Shown piece by piece: positions 1 through 7,061 of a stretch of DNA of 8,433 nucleotides (its first letter is position 1; the number at the start of each line of letters is the position of its first letter). The notes under the pieces were generated by a model. It worked only from the letters and a program-made list of their open reading frames with translations, searched no databases and was not told the origin of the DNA. This stretch comes from a virus: UHGV virus genome UHGV-1948712; one strand, given 5' to 3'. A program made the position numbers and the translations under genes.

Positions 1-11
1 TTATGCGCACC
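1..11 (-). other. dif-like XerC-binding arm, site truncated by the window edge
   Basis: Window bases 1..11 are TTATGCGCACC, the exact reverse complement of GGTGCGCATAA, which I recall as the XerC arm of E. coli dif (GGTGCGCATAA-TGTATA-TTATGTTAAAT). The central region and XerD arm would lie beyond position 1. Confidence 0.5.
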
Positions 12-49
12 AATGGTAAGGATGGCGGGAACTGGCGTTACCGGTGCCG

Positions 50-283
50 TCATTGGTCACAGACCGTAATCCACTGGCCCAGGACGTCTTTCAGGCAATG
101 TTGGCATAAATCCAGTTTTAAGCGATTACTGTCACCAAAAATTGAACCGTATCCAGCTAAGTGATTAACAGACAGAAACTCATTGAACTCAATGTCATCT
201 ACCACCGTCTTCGCATGGCGACCACAGCGATCGCAGGTCTTCGCACATAACATTACAGTATCGCTGGATGTGAAAAATTGCAT
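50..283 (-). CDS. small zinc-ribbon protein (CxxC ... CxxC), 77 aa, function unknown
   Basis: ATG at 283..281 preceded by a strong SD (GAGGAG, 5-nt spacer, minus strand 294..289). Protein has CDRC and CQHC motifs about 39 residues apart, a zinc-ribbon architecture like the N-domain of MqsA/YgiT-type proteins. No Ff phage counterpart that I recognise. Confidence 0.6.
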   Translation of the reverse strand: MQFFTSSDTVMLCAKTCDRCGRHAKTVVDDIEFNEFLSVNHLAGYGSIFGDSNRLKLDLCQHCLKDVLGQWITVCDQ

Positions 284-400
284 TTTATCTCCTCGTAATG
301 CTGCCGCGCCGAATCAGCAATAACGCTAAAAAAACAGAATTGTTCGGCTTGGCCAACCCCTGACACTAACAAAAGCAAGTTTTGTCATTGTCCGGGGTTA

Positions 401-709
401 TCATATAAACCAATAGACCGTCCTTACGCCATTCTGGTTATCAATAACATAGCCGCATTGTTTCCTTAAAAATTCTTCTGCTAAATCAATGGCTTTTACA
501 GAAATCTCATAAGAAGGAAGTAAAGTGTATCCTTTCCCTTCACTGGCAGCTGCTTTGATCGCATCCAGAGTATTATCAATCAGTAACAGAGCAAGTGATG
601 CTTCATTTACCTGAGCCGAAGAACTTCTGGCTGCAAGTGTCATTGTTTTTGCTTCTTCCGCTGTAATCGTTCGTTCTGCCAGAGCAGATAAAATCCCATA
701 AGAATCCAT
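401..709 (-). CDS. hypothetical protein, 102 aa
   Basis: ATG at 709..707 with a weak GGGG SD-like motif upstream. Lies between gene IV and the zinc-ribbon gene on the same strand as the phage genes. Not recognisable as an Ff protein. Confidence 0.5.
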   Translation of the reverse strand: MDSYGILSALAERTITAEEAKTMTLAARSSSAQVNEASLALLLIDNTLDAIKAAASEGKGYTLLPSYEISVKAIDLAEEFLRKQCGYVIDNQNGVRTVYWFI

Positions 710-735
710 TAGTTACCCCAATCAATAATGTCCAT

Positions 736-782
736 TTGATGGATAGCGAGCAGGGCTCACGCACCTACCCGCTATCCATCAA
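736..782. repeat. 13-bp perfect inverted repeat with 21-nt loop immediately after gene IV
   Basis: TTGATGGATAGCG (736..748) and CGCTATCCATCAA (770..782) are exact reverse complements. The upstream arm overlaps the gene IV stop codon. No U-tract follows on the minus-strand transcript, so it is not a canonical intrinsic terminator. Position matches where Ff phages carry the packaging-signal hairpin. Confidence 0.5.
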
Positions 783-2044
783 AGTGGACGAATGATATGT
801 GCTGTAAGCAAAATATACATAATACGCTGTTCATTGCTGTCTGCCTTGCTACTGAAAATCCAGCCTATAAGAGGAATTTTACTTATAACTGGAACTGAAC
901 GCTCGGCATTGCTGAACGATGAATCGATAAGCCCCCCCAATAACAACGTCTGACCATCCTTAATCTGGACTGTCGTCTGAATCTGGCGCTGATTAGTAAT
1001 AATATCGGATGCCTGATCATCATTGCTGATTGAATCAGCGCGAGTGTCGATAGTCAGAACTAGTTGCCCGTTACCCATGACAACAGGCGTTACCTTGAGA
1101 GAAACGCCAACATCATGACGCTCGATAGTCTGAAACGGATTATTTACCCCGGCAGATTCGCCCGTTACCTTTCCGGTGATAAACGGCACATTCTTACCTA
1201 CGGAAATGTAACCAGTCTGACCAGACTGAGTAAGAATACGCGGCGTTGAAATCACCTTAGAGCGTGAATTACTCTGGACAGCACGCAGAGACAGCGCCAA
1301 CACGTTACCATCAAAAATACCAAAAGAACCGCCCGCCGTAGAAAGAGCGCTACCCAGTGCAGAAGTATTAAAGCCCCCCGCAACCTTATGACCGGATGCA
1401 GAACCTGCCGCAAACGATAAATCAACGCCATCAGACAAGCTGGTTTCAAACATCAGCGACTGAATGAGAACCTGATCGCGGGCAACATCCACAGAATTGA
1501 TAAAATCGGACAGAACCGGCAGCAGCTCGTCAGGCGCAGAAACAATCAGCGAGTTATTGCCTGGATAATCCACGACATTACCACCACCATTAGAATCAAG
1601 ATAAATTTTAATCAGTTGCTGAACATCGGACGATCTAACTTTTGTCAGCTTAAAATTTCTGACCGTAAGCGCCACAGGTACTGGCTGGTAAGATGGCTCA
1701 GAAGGAAAAGTATCATAAGACTGGTTATCAGAATCATCGGAATCCGAAACCATCTGTGAAGGTAATTTAGACGGCAAAGAGACTACCGCAGGATTGCCAG
1801 AAAGCATGACAAAACCGTTAGCATTCAGAACAGACTTAAAGAAATCATCAATATTTGTTGGATTAACATCAGCATTAAATACGGTTACGTTTCCTTTAAT
1901 ATCAGGATTAACAATAACAGGCTTGCCAGTTTTTGAAGAATACCGCTGAACAAATGAGCGAACAGATGAATTATTTAAATTAACAGTTTCAGCAGAAACG
2001 CAGAATGAACAGGCAAATAAAAAAGCAACAATAACAGAGCGCAT
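779..2044 (-). CDS. IV: gene IV protein, outer-membrane secretin for virion export
   Basis: 421 aa with clear collinear similarity to M13 pIV as I recall it (e.g. SVPRILT, GESA, VNNPFQTIER, GQTLLLGG, SKIPLIG). Start set at Met 2044 (N-terminal MRSVIVAFLFACSFCVSA looks like a signal peptide) with AGGAG SD at 2059..2055. The longer 779..2137 ORF is an in-frame extension overlapping gene I. Confidence 0.9.
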   Translation of the reverse strand: MRSVIVAFLFACSFCVSAETVNLNNSSVRSFVQRYSSKTGKPVIVNPDIKGNVTVFNADVNPTNIDDFFKSVLNANGFVMLSGNPAVVSLPSKLPSQMVSDSDDSDNQSYDTFPSEPSYQPVPVALTVRNFKLTKVRSSDVQQLIKIYLDSNGGGNVVDYPGNNSLIVSAPDELLPVLSDFINSVDVARDQVLIQSLMFETSLSDGVDLSFAAGSASGHKVAGGFNTSALGSALSTAGGSFGIFDGNVLALSLRAVQSNSRSKVISTPRILTQSGQTGYISVGKNVPFITGKVTGESAGVNNPFQTIERHDVGVSLKVTPVVMGNGQLVLTIDTRADSISNDDQASDIITNQRQIQTTVQIKDGQTLLLGGLIDSSFSNAERSVPVISKIPLIGWIFSSKADSNEQRIMYILLTAHIIRPL

Positions 2045-2051
2045 AATAATA

Positions 2052-2426
2052 TTACTCCTGACAGGTAACAGTCTGTAAATAACGGCCTTTTCTAATAACA
2101 ACACGACAGGCATCTTTAATATCAACGGAATAACCATCTTTAATCAAATCAAAATACTGATATTTCATACCTTTTGCATCAACAAACGTAACGGAAACGT
2201 CAAAGCCAAGTTGTGAAAAAGAATTAATAGAAAGTCGGGGTAAGTCACTGGACGAATCAGGCGTTACCGCCCTCGCCTGTTCAGCATAAGCAGATTTAAT
2301 AGCTGAGATTTCATCAACATTCTTTCCAGACTGGAGCCAGAAACCAAACGCAAGCCCCAGCGCCAAAAAAGAAAGCATTAATATAAGACGGTTCGATTTG
2401 CGAAAATAAATTTTAGTGAGGCGCAT
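2052..2426 (-). CDS. XI: gene XI protein, in-frame internal start within gene I
   Basis: Internal Met at residue 241 of pI (MRLTKIYF...), the same position and context as M13 pXI (MKLTKIYL...), followed by a hydrophobic TM segment. 124 aa. Confidence 0.6.
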   Translation of the reverse strand: MRLTKIYFRKSNRLILMLSFLALGLAFGFWLQSGKNVDEISAIKSAYAEQARAVTPDSSSDLPRLSINSFSQLGFDVSVTFVDAKGMKYQYFDLIKDGYSVDIKDACRVVIRKGRYLQTVTCQE

Positions 2427-3146
2427 ATAATAATTAAATCCTCTGTGAACAGAAAATTGACCGTGCGTGATAAATGGTGGCAAAAGCGAAAATGCGCCAT
2501 GAGGATAATTATCTGTGAACGCTTGTTTGGTATTGTAAGCAGAATAAAGAGATTTTCCTGTATATATCCATTTATCAACAGTGATTGAATTAACATTATC
2601 ACCATATTTGACAATGCCAAAGTGTACCTTTGGTAAAGAAAATCTCGCCCCTGAAACCAAATTCATAATGGAGCCAACAAAAGGAATGTTTAATTTATCT
2701 GAACGGCGACAATAAACAACATGCTCAGCAAGCGCCAGACGAGCTTGCTTATCCATTATCGAAATATCCTGAATCAAAAATATAATATCCCAGCCTAATT
2801 TTCTGGCATGTAAAAACCAGTCAATAACAGGTTGTCTGTCTTTATCACCCCATGAGCGGGAATTAAACCAAGTACCACATTCATCAAGTACAAGGAGGCC
2901 ATTACGGGATTCATCGTAAGATGTATTCCCAATACCAATAGCAAGTAAATCATTTAATGAAGGCTTGTCAGGAATGCGAATAACGCGCGTTTTTTTCGCA
3001 TAACGCCCAACCATAGGCATATTATGCAATTTAAGATCAAGATTAGTGGCAACAGGACAACCCTTAGCAAGTCTTTCCTGTATTCTGGAAACACTAACAA
3101 GTGTCTTGCCTGAGCCTAATTTGCCTGTTACTACATAAACCGCCAT
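2052..3146 (-). CDS. I: gene I protein, Zot-like inner-membrane assembly ATPase
   Basis: 364 aa. N-terminus MAVYVVTGKLGSGKTLVS carries a Walker A motif and is near-identical to M13 pI as recalled; DWFLHARKLGWDIIFL and LALAEHVVYCRR are also conserved. The ATG directly follows the gene VI stop (TAAATG). Confidence 0.92.
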   Translation of the reverse strand: MAVYVVTGKLGSGKTLVSVSRIQERLAKGCPVATNLDLKLHNMPMVGRYAKKTRVIRIPDKPSLNDLLAIGIGNTSYDESRNGLLVLDECGTWFNSRSWGDKDRQPVIDWFLHARKLGWDIIFLIQDISIMDKQARLALAEHVVYCRRSDKLNIPFVGSIMNLVSGARFSLPKVHFGIVKYGDNVNSITVDKWIYTGKSLYSAYNTKQAFTDNYPHGAFSLLPPFITHGQFSVHRGFNYYMRLTKIYFRKSNRLILMLSFLALGLAFGFWLQSGKNVDEISAIKSAYAEQARAVTPDSSSDLPRLSINSFSQLGFDVSVTFVDAKGMKYQYFDLIKDGYSVDIKDACRVVIRKGRYLQTVTCQE

Positions 3147-3488
3147 TTAAATCACCCTGTTTGCATAATCAAGAAATTTTTGTTTTAAATCGAAAACAAA
3201 AACACTGATACGAGTAACCATAATAACGTTAACACACGCCTGAAAATGGTCAGGCAATACAGACGCCATTAAATGGGAGAAATCAGCAGGTAAACCGTTA
3301 TACATGACCTCAGCAAGGTACTGCATTAAAAGCGTAACAGTTGTTGTAATTAATGCGACCAATGCAAAGGCGATTAATCCTGTTCTGGTAGCAAGTCGAG
3401 CTAAAAAAACCGCCACATAGCCAATAAACAAAGGAACAAGACCAATAAGAAAACGCAACAATGCAGGAATACCTAATAATAAAGGCAT
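3147..3488 (-). CDS. VI: gene VI protein, minor coat protein
   Basis: 113 aa hydrophobic protein similar to M13 pVI ([13 protein letters not shown].., C-terminal FVFDLKQK). ATG at 3488..3486 overlaps the gene III TGA stop (TGATG coupling). The ORF track start at 3491 is a GTG one codon upstream. Confidence 0.85.
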   Translation of the reverse strand: MPLLLGIPALLRFLIGLVPLFIGYVAVFLARLATRTGLIAFALVALITTTVTLLMQYLAEVMYNGLPADFSHLMASVLPDHFQACVNVIMVTRISVFVFDLKQKFLDYANRVI

Positions 3489-4747
3489 CACTCACCCCCT
3501 TTGCGAAGCAATGAAGTTAAAGAAGTAAAGACATACCAGAACGTAAGGCAATAAAAAACCCATGAAAGAACATCTTTAATAGTCAGTAATTTATCGCAAC
3601 CAATATCAATCTGATAAACCTCTCCGGGAAAAATAATAAAATCAGAGCAGCCGTTACCATTGGGTAAATTAGGCAGCATAGCACCTTTATTTAAAAATGC
3701 TTCCCATAAAGCACCGTGAGAATCCTTTTCAATTCCCAATTCAGAATCAGCTAAAGTAGAAGCGCCATCTAATTCAGAGTCGCCCTTTCCATAACGAGAA
3801 TCACCACCTGAAGGGTCAGCAAAACGGCCAGCCCCCCGCGTAAGATTGTTAATGGAATCGTCAAGACGATTTATATTATTCCTGGTTTGTTCATCGGCAT
3901 TTTTTTTATCATCTGATGAAGTGTCTTTCTCCGTTAATTTATCATGAATATCGCTGGCTATTTTGGGTGAAGCACCTTCGATCGCAGACTGAATATCACC
4001 TTTAGAAAGACTGGAACCACTAGAGCCACCGCCAGAACTACCGCCAGAACTACCGCCAGAACTACCGCCACCGGACTCACCACCGCCAGACTCACCACCA
4101 CCGGACTCACCACCACCGGACTCACCACCACCATTTTGGGGGGTTGAGGGTTTATCAGAGGGGTCAGCTACAGCACCTGTAGGCTTCCATGTTGCAGCGC
4201 AAACAGTACCATCACCCTGACAAACAATGACACCAGTAGCCTCATATTCACAGCCGTTATAGTAGATATAGCGACCACCATCATATGAATCAACATTATT
4301 AAATACACCTTCTTCTGGCGGCTTCGCTTCACAAATTTCTTCTGGTGTCGGGTCAGTAGGTTTTTCATCAGGAACAGAACGCTGAATATTACCAACAATA
4401 TAAGCCGTTAAAGACCAATATTTATCCTTCTGCCCTGGTGAATCGCTGTAAGTACAATCGCCAGTAAAAACAAGACGGAATTCAGAATCAGGCCAGATAC
4501 CCTCATAAGTTGGTTTAATCCGAGTAAATACACTCTGAGCACTGGATTTAGCACCCTGACAAGCGGAGGCCTGCATAGCAGCATCAATATAGTAAACCGT
4601 TATCTTAGAGCCATCCTGATTGGTTATTTGCTTACTTTCAGCATAGGCAGAACTTTGATAAGTGGATTTAGTAATGCTTTCCCATGACTCAGCATGTGAA
4701 AAAGGAGAAATGAGGACAGCGGAAAGAATTAATATTTTCCTTCTCAT
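3488..4747 (-). CDS. III: gene III protein, adsorption/minor coat protein
   Basis: 419 aa from Met 4747 (signal peptide [19 protein letters not shown]), Cys-rich N-terminal domains, long Gly-rich linker, C-terminal hydrophobic anchor. The longer ORF to 4891 would overlap gene VIII and its terminator. Confidence 0.85.
   Translation of the reverse strand: MRRKILILSAVLISPFSHAESWESITKSTYQSSAYAESKQITNQDGSKITVYYIDAAMQASACQGAKSSAQSVFTRIKPTYEGIWPDSEFRLVFTGDCTYSDSPGQKDKYWSLTAYIVGNIQRSVPDEKPTDPTPEEICEAKPPEEGVFNNVDSYDGGRYIYYNGCEYEATGVIVCQGDGTVCAATWKPTGAVADPSDKPSTPQNGGGESGGGESGGGESGGGESGGGSSGGSSGGSSGGGSSGSSLSKGDIQSAIEGASPKIASDIHDKLTEKDTSSDDKKNADEQTRNNINRLDDSINNLTRGAGRFADPSGGDSRYGKGDSELDGASTLADSELGIEKDSHGALWEAFLNKGAMLPNLPNGNGCSDFIIFPGEVYQIDIGCDKLLTIKDVLSWVFYCLTFWYVFTSLTSLLRKGGE
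4010..4132. repeat. tandem 15-nt and 12-nt coding repeats (GGGES x4, GGSS x3) in the gene III linker
   Basis: Near-perfect repeats of CCACCGGACTCACCA-type and CCGCCAGAACTA-type units, translating on the minus strand to [41 protein letters not shown]. Confidence 0.85.
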
Positions 4748-4755
4748 AGTAACCC

Positions 4756-4784
4756 GCTTTAATAAAGGGGCAACGAGTGCCCCT
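4756..4784 (-). terminator. rho-independent terminator between gene VIII and gene III
   Basis: 7-bp GC-rich stem AGGGGCA (4766..4772) / TGCCCCT (4778..4784) with 5-nt loop, followed on the minus-strand transcript by UUAUUAAA. Same location as the strong terminator after gene VIII in Ff phages. Confidence 0.65.
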
Positions 4785-4793
4785 GAGTGAAAT

Positions 4794-5036
4794 TCAAACC
4801 GCTTTTGAAGAGAATTTTTTGAAAATACGAATGGCAAGCCCAGCGCCAACCACAGCAACAACAACAGGCCATACTTTACCAATGAGATCATTTGCCTGAG
4901 TCAACAAAGCATCCATTGCCTGACCTGCATAATCAGTACCACCTGTAGCGCCTTCAGCCGCAAAAGAACTTGCAGAAATAAAAAGCGCAGTTGAAGCCAG
5001 AGCAATTTTATATTTAACAGTAGACAGAATTTTCAT
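4794..5036 (-). CDS. VIII: gene VIII protein, major coat protein precursor
   Basis: 80 aa: signal peptide ending SFA, mature part beginning AEG, a hydrophobic core and basic C-terminus KKFSSKAV (M13: KKFTSKAS). GGAG SD at 5048..5045 with 8-nt spacer. Confidence 0.9.
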   Translation of the reverse strand: MKILSTVKYKIALASTALFISASSFAAEGATGGTDYAGQAMDALLTQANDLIGKVWPVVVAVVGAGLAIRIFKKFSSKAV

Positions 5037-5055
5037 AGGAATAACTCCATTAAGG

Positions 5056-5151
5056 TTACATTAATCGGTCAGAAAATGATTTAAATGAACCGACCGCATA
5101 GAAAAGGGCAAAACCAAAGGTATAAGCCCCGAAGAAATAAACGATATACAT
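5056..5151 (-). CDS. IX: gene IX protein, minor coat protein
   Basis: 31 aa hydrophobic peptide MYIVYFFGAYTFGFALFYAVGSFKSFSDRLM. ATG overlaps the gene VII stop (TAATG). Size and position match M13 pIX (32 aa). Confidence 0.65.
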   Translation of the reverse strand: MYIVYFFGAYTFGFALFYAVGSFKSFSDRLM

Positions 5152-5237
5152 TAACGAAAGACCCCCGCAGTAATCGCGCCGAGGCCAAAAGAAATAACGA
5201 TGCCAGACGCTATCAAAATTTGAATAACATCGTCCAT
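5151..5237 (-). CDS. VII: gene VII protein, minor coat protein
   Basis: 28 aa hydrophobic peptide MDDVIQILIASGIVISFGLGAITAGVFR starting 2 nt after the gene V stop. Size and position match M13 pVII (33 aa). Confidence 0.65.
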   Translation of the reverse strand: MDDVIQILIASGIVISFGLGAITAGVFR

Positions 5238-5239
5238 AT

Positions 5240-5557
5240 TTAACCTTTGATCTCTGCGATGCCACCATCGGAAGCAACATTATAAGTTACACCTTCCCTA
5301 CCCTCCATTGACCACGCACGGACATAGACAGGAATTTGAACTAATTTCCCAATGAAAGCATTCGCCTGGTTCATTAGACCTGCGTTAACGAGAGCCTGAG
5401 AAACTCGAATAATAATTTGATCCTGCTTTGTACCACCAAAACCATCAGGTATTTCAAGGCCAATACCAATTTCATTATAATAGCCCTGACCATTAACTTT
5501 ATTACGTTGGCGGGCTCCCAACATTTTACCCTTAACGAAAAGACCATAATTAGACAT
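5240..5557 (-). CDS. V: gene V-like ssDNA-binding protein
   Basis: 105 aa ORF in the gene V position with AAAGGA SD (7-nt spacer). Only weak similarity to M13 gVp as recalled (segment GQGYYNEIG vs GKPYSLNEQ), so the call rests mainly on synteny. Confidence 0.65.
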   Translation of the reverse strand: MSNYGLFVKGKMLGARQRNKVNGQGYYNEIGIGLEIPDGFGGTKQDQIIIRVSQALVNAGLMNQANAFIGKLVQIPVYVRAWSMEGREGVTYNVASDGGIAEIKG

Positions 5558-5568
5558 ATTACTTTCCT

Positions 5569-5883
5569 TTAATGCCAGCTACTGGCGTGCGAAATACGGT
5601 TGTAATCGAAAATAAAACCTTTCTCATAAATCCATAAGGGGATTTCCGCTGGCTTGGCTTCCAGCGTTCTTATTAGCGGAACAACGTTATTAGAGTCTGG
5701 TGAATCACAATAGAAATTAATATCGATACCGAACGAAAGCAATTCTCTTCTATGGCGATAAAAAGTGTTATGAGGTAACATTTCTTTCATGTTAGCCCCT
5801 TGTTTCCAAAGTAAATAAGTTGACTGTATTTTTCTTGGCAGTTTCGTTATTTTTTCATCACTTAAAATAGCATTCTGATTCAT
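5569..5883 (-). CDS. X: gene X protein, in-frame internal start within gene II
   Basis: Internal Met (MNQNAILSD...) aligned with the M13 pX start (MNIYDDSAVLD...), preceded by a GGGAG SD at 5894..5890. 104 aa C-terminal portion of pII. Confidence 0.6.
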   Translation of the reverse strand: MNQNAILSDEKITKLPRKIQSTYLLWKQGANMKEMLPHNTFYRHRRELLSFGIDINFYCDSPDSNNVVPLIRTLEAKPAEIPLWIYEKGFIFDYNRISHASSWH

Positions 5884-6663
5884 TTCTATTCTCCCTACAT
5901 ATTCAGAGAATAATTGACGTGGTGTTTTCATATTCCAGTTAGCGCCAAGCGTTAAATTTAAATCAATAAGCTCAGTTGTTCTTAATGTTAATTCAATACG
6001 TAATTTATCTTTCGTCCAGTCCAGTAACCCGGCTCGTACAAACTCTTCGGCTATCTGGTGCCCTTTTTTACCAGAAACGTGTTCATCATATTTTGAATAA
6101 AATTTCAGACTCCATCGACGGGAGTTTTTACCTAAATAAACTGTACCGCCTTTCCCACATGCGCGACCATGGCGTGTTTTAGCTTTAAATTCGGCGGCAT
6201 AAAGCCATGATCTGACATTTTCCAGCGTAGATAATGAATACATGTAATTAATGTCAATACGTGAAATTTTATACTGACCTGCCATAACGGCTTTATAAGA
6301 CGCTAAATCATGAGGAATATTCAATAAGGATAAAATCCTGGCATAGACCGTCAACATGAGCCCTTGTATATCATCCGACCCAACAACAGAATGCCCCTGC
6401 AGAAACTTGGAAGGATTACCATCAATGTACAAATGTGTCGCTTTACCTTCGCCATTAGATCCTATCGATCGTACTTTCATCGTTGCTTCATGCGAACCGC
6501 GAACAGTCAGTCGCTTAACGGTTTCCCACTCAATTGCACCGTCAGCATCAACGCTGACAACACTCCCCGCCGGAAGCGGTTTGTGTGTGCAAGGGAAAAT
6601 CCCGGTAAGCCAATCGATCACGAATAAATCCTCAAAATTACAAAAATGATGACTTACTAACAC
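5569..6663 (-). CDS. II: gene II protein, rolling-circle replication initiator/nickase
   Basis: 364 aa with similarity to M13 pII (KFLQGHSVVG vs KVLQGHNVFG; NNVVPLIR vs NNVVPLVR). The start is a GTG at 6663..6661 with a stop 3 codons upstream and no obvious SD, so the exact start is uncertain. Confidence 0.85.
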   Translation of the reverse strand: MLVSHHFCNFEDLFVIDWLTGIFPCTHKPLPAGSVVSVDADGAIEWETVKRLTVRGSHEATMKVRSIGSNGEGKATHLYIDGNPSKFLQGHSVVGSDDIQGLMLTVYARILSLLNIPHDLASYKAVMAGQYKISRIDINYMYSLSTLENVRSWLYAAEFKAKTRHGRACGKGGTVYLGKNSRRWSLKFYSKYDEHVSGKKGHQIAEEFVRAGLLDWTKDKLRIELTLRTTELIDLNLTLGANWNMKTPRQLFSEYVGRIEMNQNAILSDEKITKLPRKIQSTYLLWKQGANMKEMLPHNTFYRHRRELLSFGIDINFYCDSPDSNNVVPLIRTLEAKPAEIPLWIYEKGFIFDYNRISHASSWH

Positions 6664-6779
6664 ATGAGTTCAGTAGTTCATTAGTGTTTTAACATTACAC
6701 CAGTGAGCTAGTGAGTTCAAGAGGATTGGATGATATGAGTTCATGAGCATGTATACTCACTTCAAATATTGCATTGAAC
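6664..6779. repeat. cluster of GAGTTCA/GTTCA repeats in the divergent II / accessory-cassette intergenic region
   Basis: GAGTTCA at 6666..6672, 6713..6719 and 6738..6744; GTTCA at 6676..6680; inverted TGAAC at 6775..6779; an ACTCAC inverted copy at 6755..6760. Five pentamer copies in about 115 bp is far more than expected by chance. Confidence 0.5.
6692..6720 (-). promoter_or_regulatory. candidate sigma70 promoter for gene II
   Basis: On the minus strand: -35 TTGAAC (6720..6715), 17-nt spacer, -10 TAATGT (6697..6692), about 30 nt upstream of the gene II start. Sequence-only prediction. Confidence 0.4.
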
Positions 6780-6790
6780 GAGCGTAAAAA

Positions 6791-6973
6791 ATGGCAAAGC
6801 GCACGACTTATAACGTGACGGAAGAAAGAAAAATGAAACTAGAACGACTGGCTATAAATGCCAGTGTAAAACTAGGAAAAACAATTACATGGACAGAGAT
6901 TTTAGGTTATCTGATTGATAACTACTCTAAAGATGCAGCAGAAGATCTCATGTCTGCCAAACAAAAGGATTAA
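6791..6973 (+). CDS. ribbon-helix-helix-like small DNA-binding regulator, 60 aa
   Basis: MAKRTTYNVTEERKMKLERLAINASVKLGKTITWTEILGYLIDNY fits the RHH pattern (basic beta-strand, helix A, G-containing turn, helix B) of CopG/Arc/MetJ-type proteins. Transcribed divergently from gene II. No SD before the ATG, so it may be leaderless or start elsewhere. Confidence 0.5.
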   Translation: MAKRTTYNVTEERKMKLERLAINASVKLGKTITWTEILGYLIDNYSKDAAEDLMSAKQKD

Positions 6974-7026
6974 GTACCACGAATGGTACAAACGTGCAGT
7001 ATTACCTACACTGCACGTTCTTTATT
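6974..7026 (+). terminator. tandem hairpins, the second terminator-like
   Basis: Hairpin 1: GTACCA (6974..6979) / TGGTAC (6984..6989), 4-nt loop. Hairpin 2: AACGTGCAGT (6991..7000) / ACTGCACGTT (7010..7019), 9-nt loop, followed by CTTTATT. Sits just after the RHH gene stop. Confidence 0.5.
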
Positions 7027-7061
7027 GTGCGGATTTTGAACAGCAACAAAGGATCAAAAGG

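Noticed and set aside
284-400. Small palindromes (TTGGCCAA at 349..356; GCCGAA / TTCGGC arms) between the two accessory minus-strand genes
   Set aside because: Short and AT-poor with long loops; no convincing terminator or operator structure. Noted in case a binding site maps here.
2045-2137. N-terminal extension of the gene IV ORF (track ORF 779..2137)
   Set aside because: The extension overlaps the 3' end of gene I in another frame. A signal-peptide-like N-terminus and an AGGAG SD support the internal Met at 2044.
4010-4132. Possible CRISPR-like repeat array
   Set aside because: The repeats are contiguous 12-15-nt units with no spacers, in frame within gene III, encoding the Gly/Ser/Glu linker.
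4748-4891. N-terminal extension of the gene III ORF (track ORF 3488..4891)
   Set aside because: It would run through the gene VIII terminator and overlap gene VIII. The signal peptide begins at Met 4747.
5152-5280. N-terminal part of track ORF 5056..5280
   Set aside because: Only the C-terminal 31 codons (5056..5151) correspond to gene IX. The upstream part overlaps genes V and VII in another frame.
1064-6649. Short ORFs inside or antisense to core phage genes (1064..1249, 1252..1449, 2378..2620, 3310..3495, 4168..4398, 5976..6182, 6356..6649, 6364..6627)
   Set aside because: All are embedded in well-supported phage genes, mostly antisense, with no RBS or conserved features. Likely spurious.
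6915-7061. Upstream extension of the membrane-protein ORF (track ORF 6915..7484)
   Set aside because: It overlaps the RHH gene and the tandem hairpins, and a good SD precedes the ATG at 7062. Not fully excluded.
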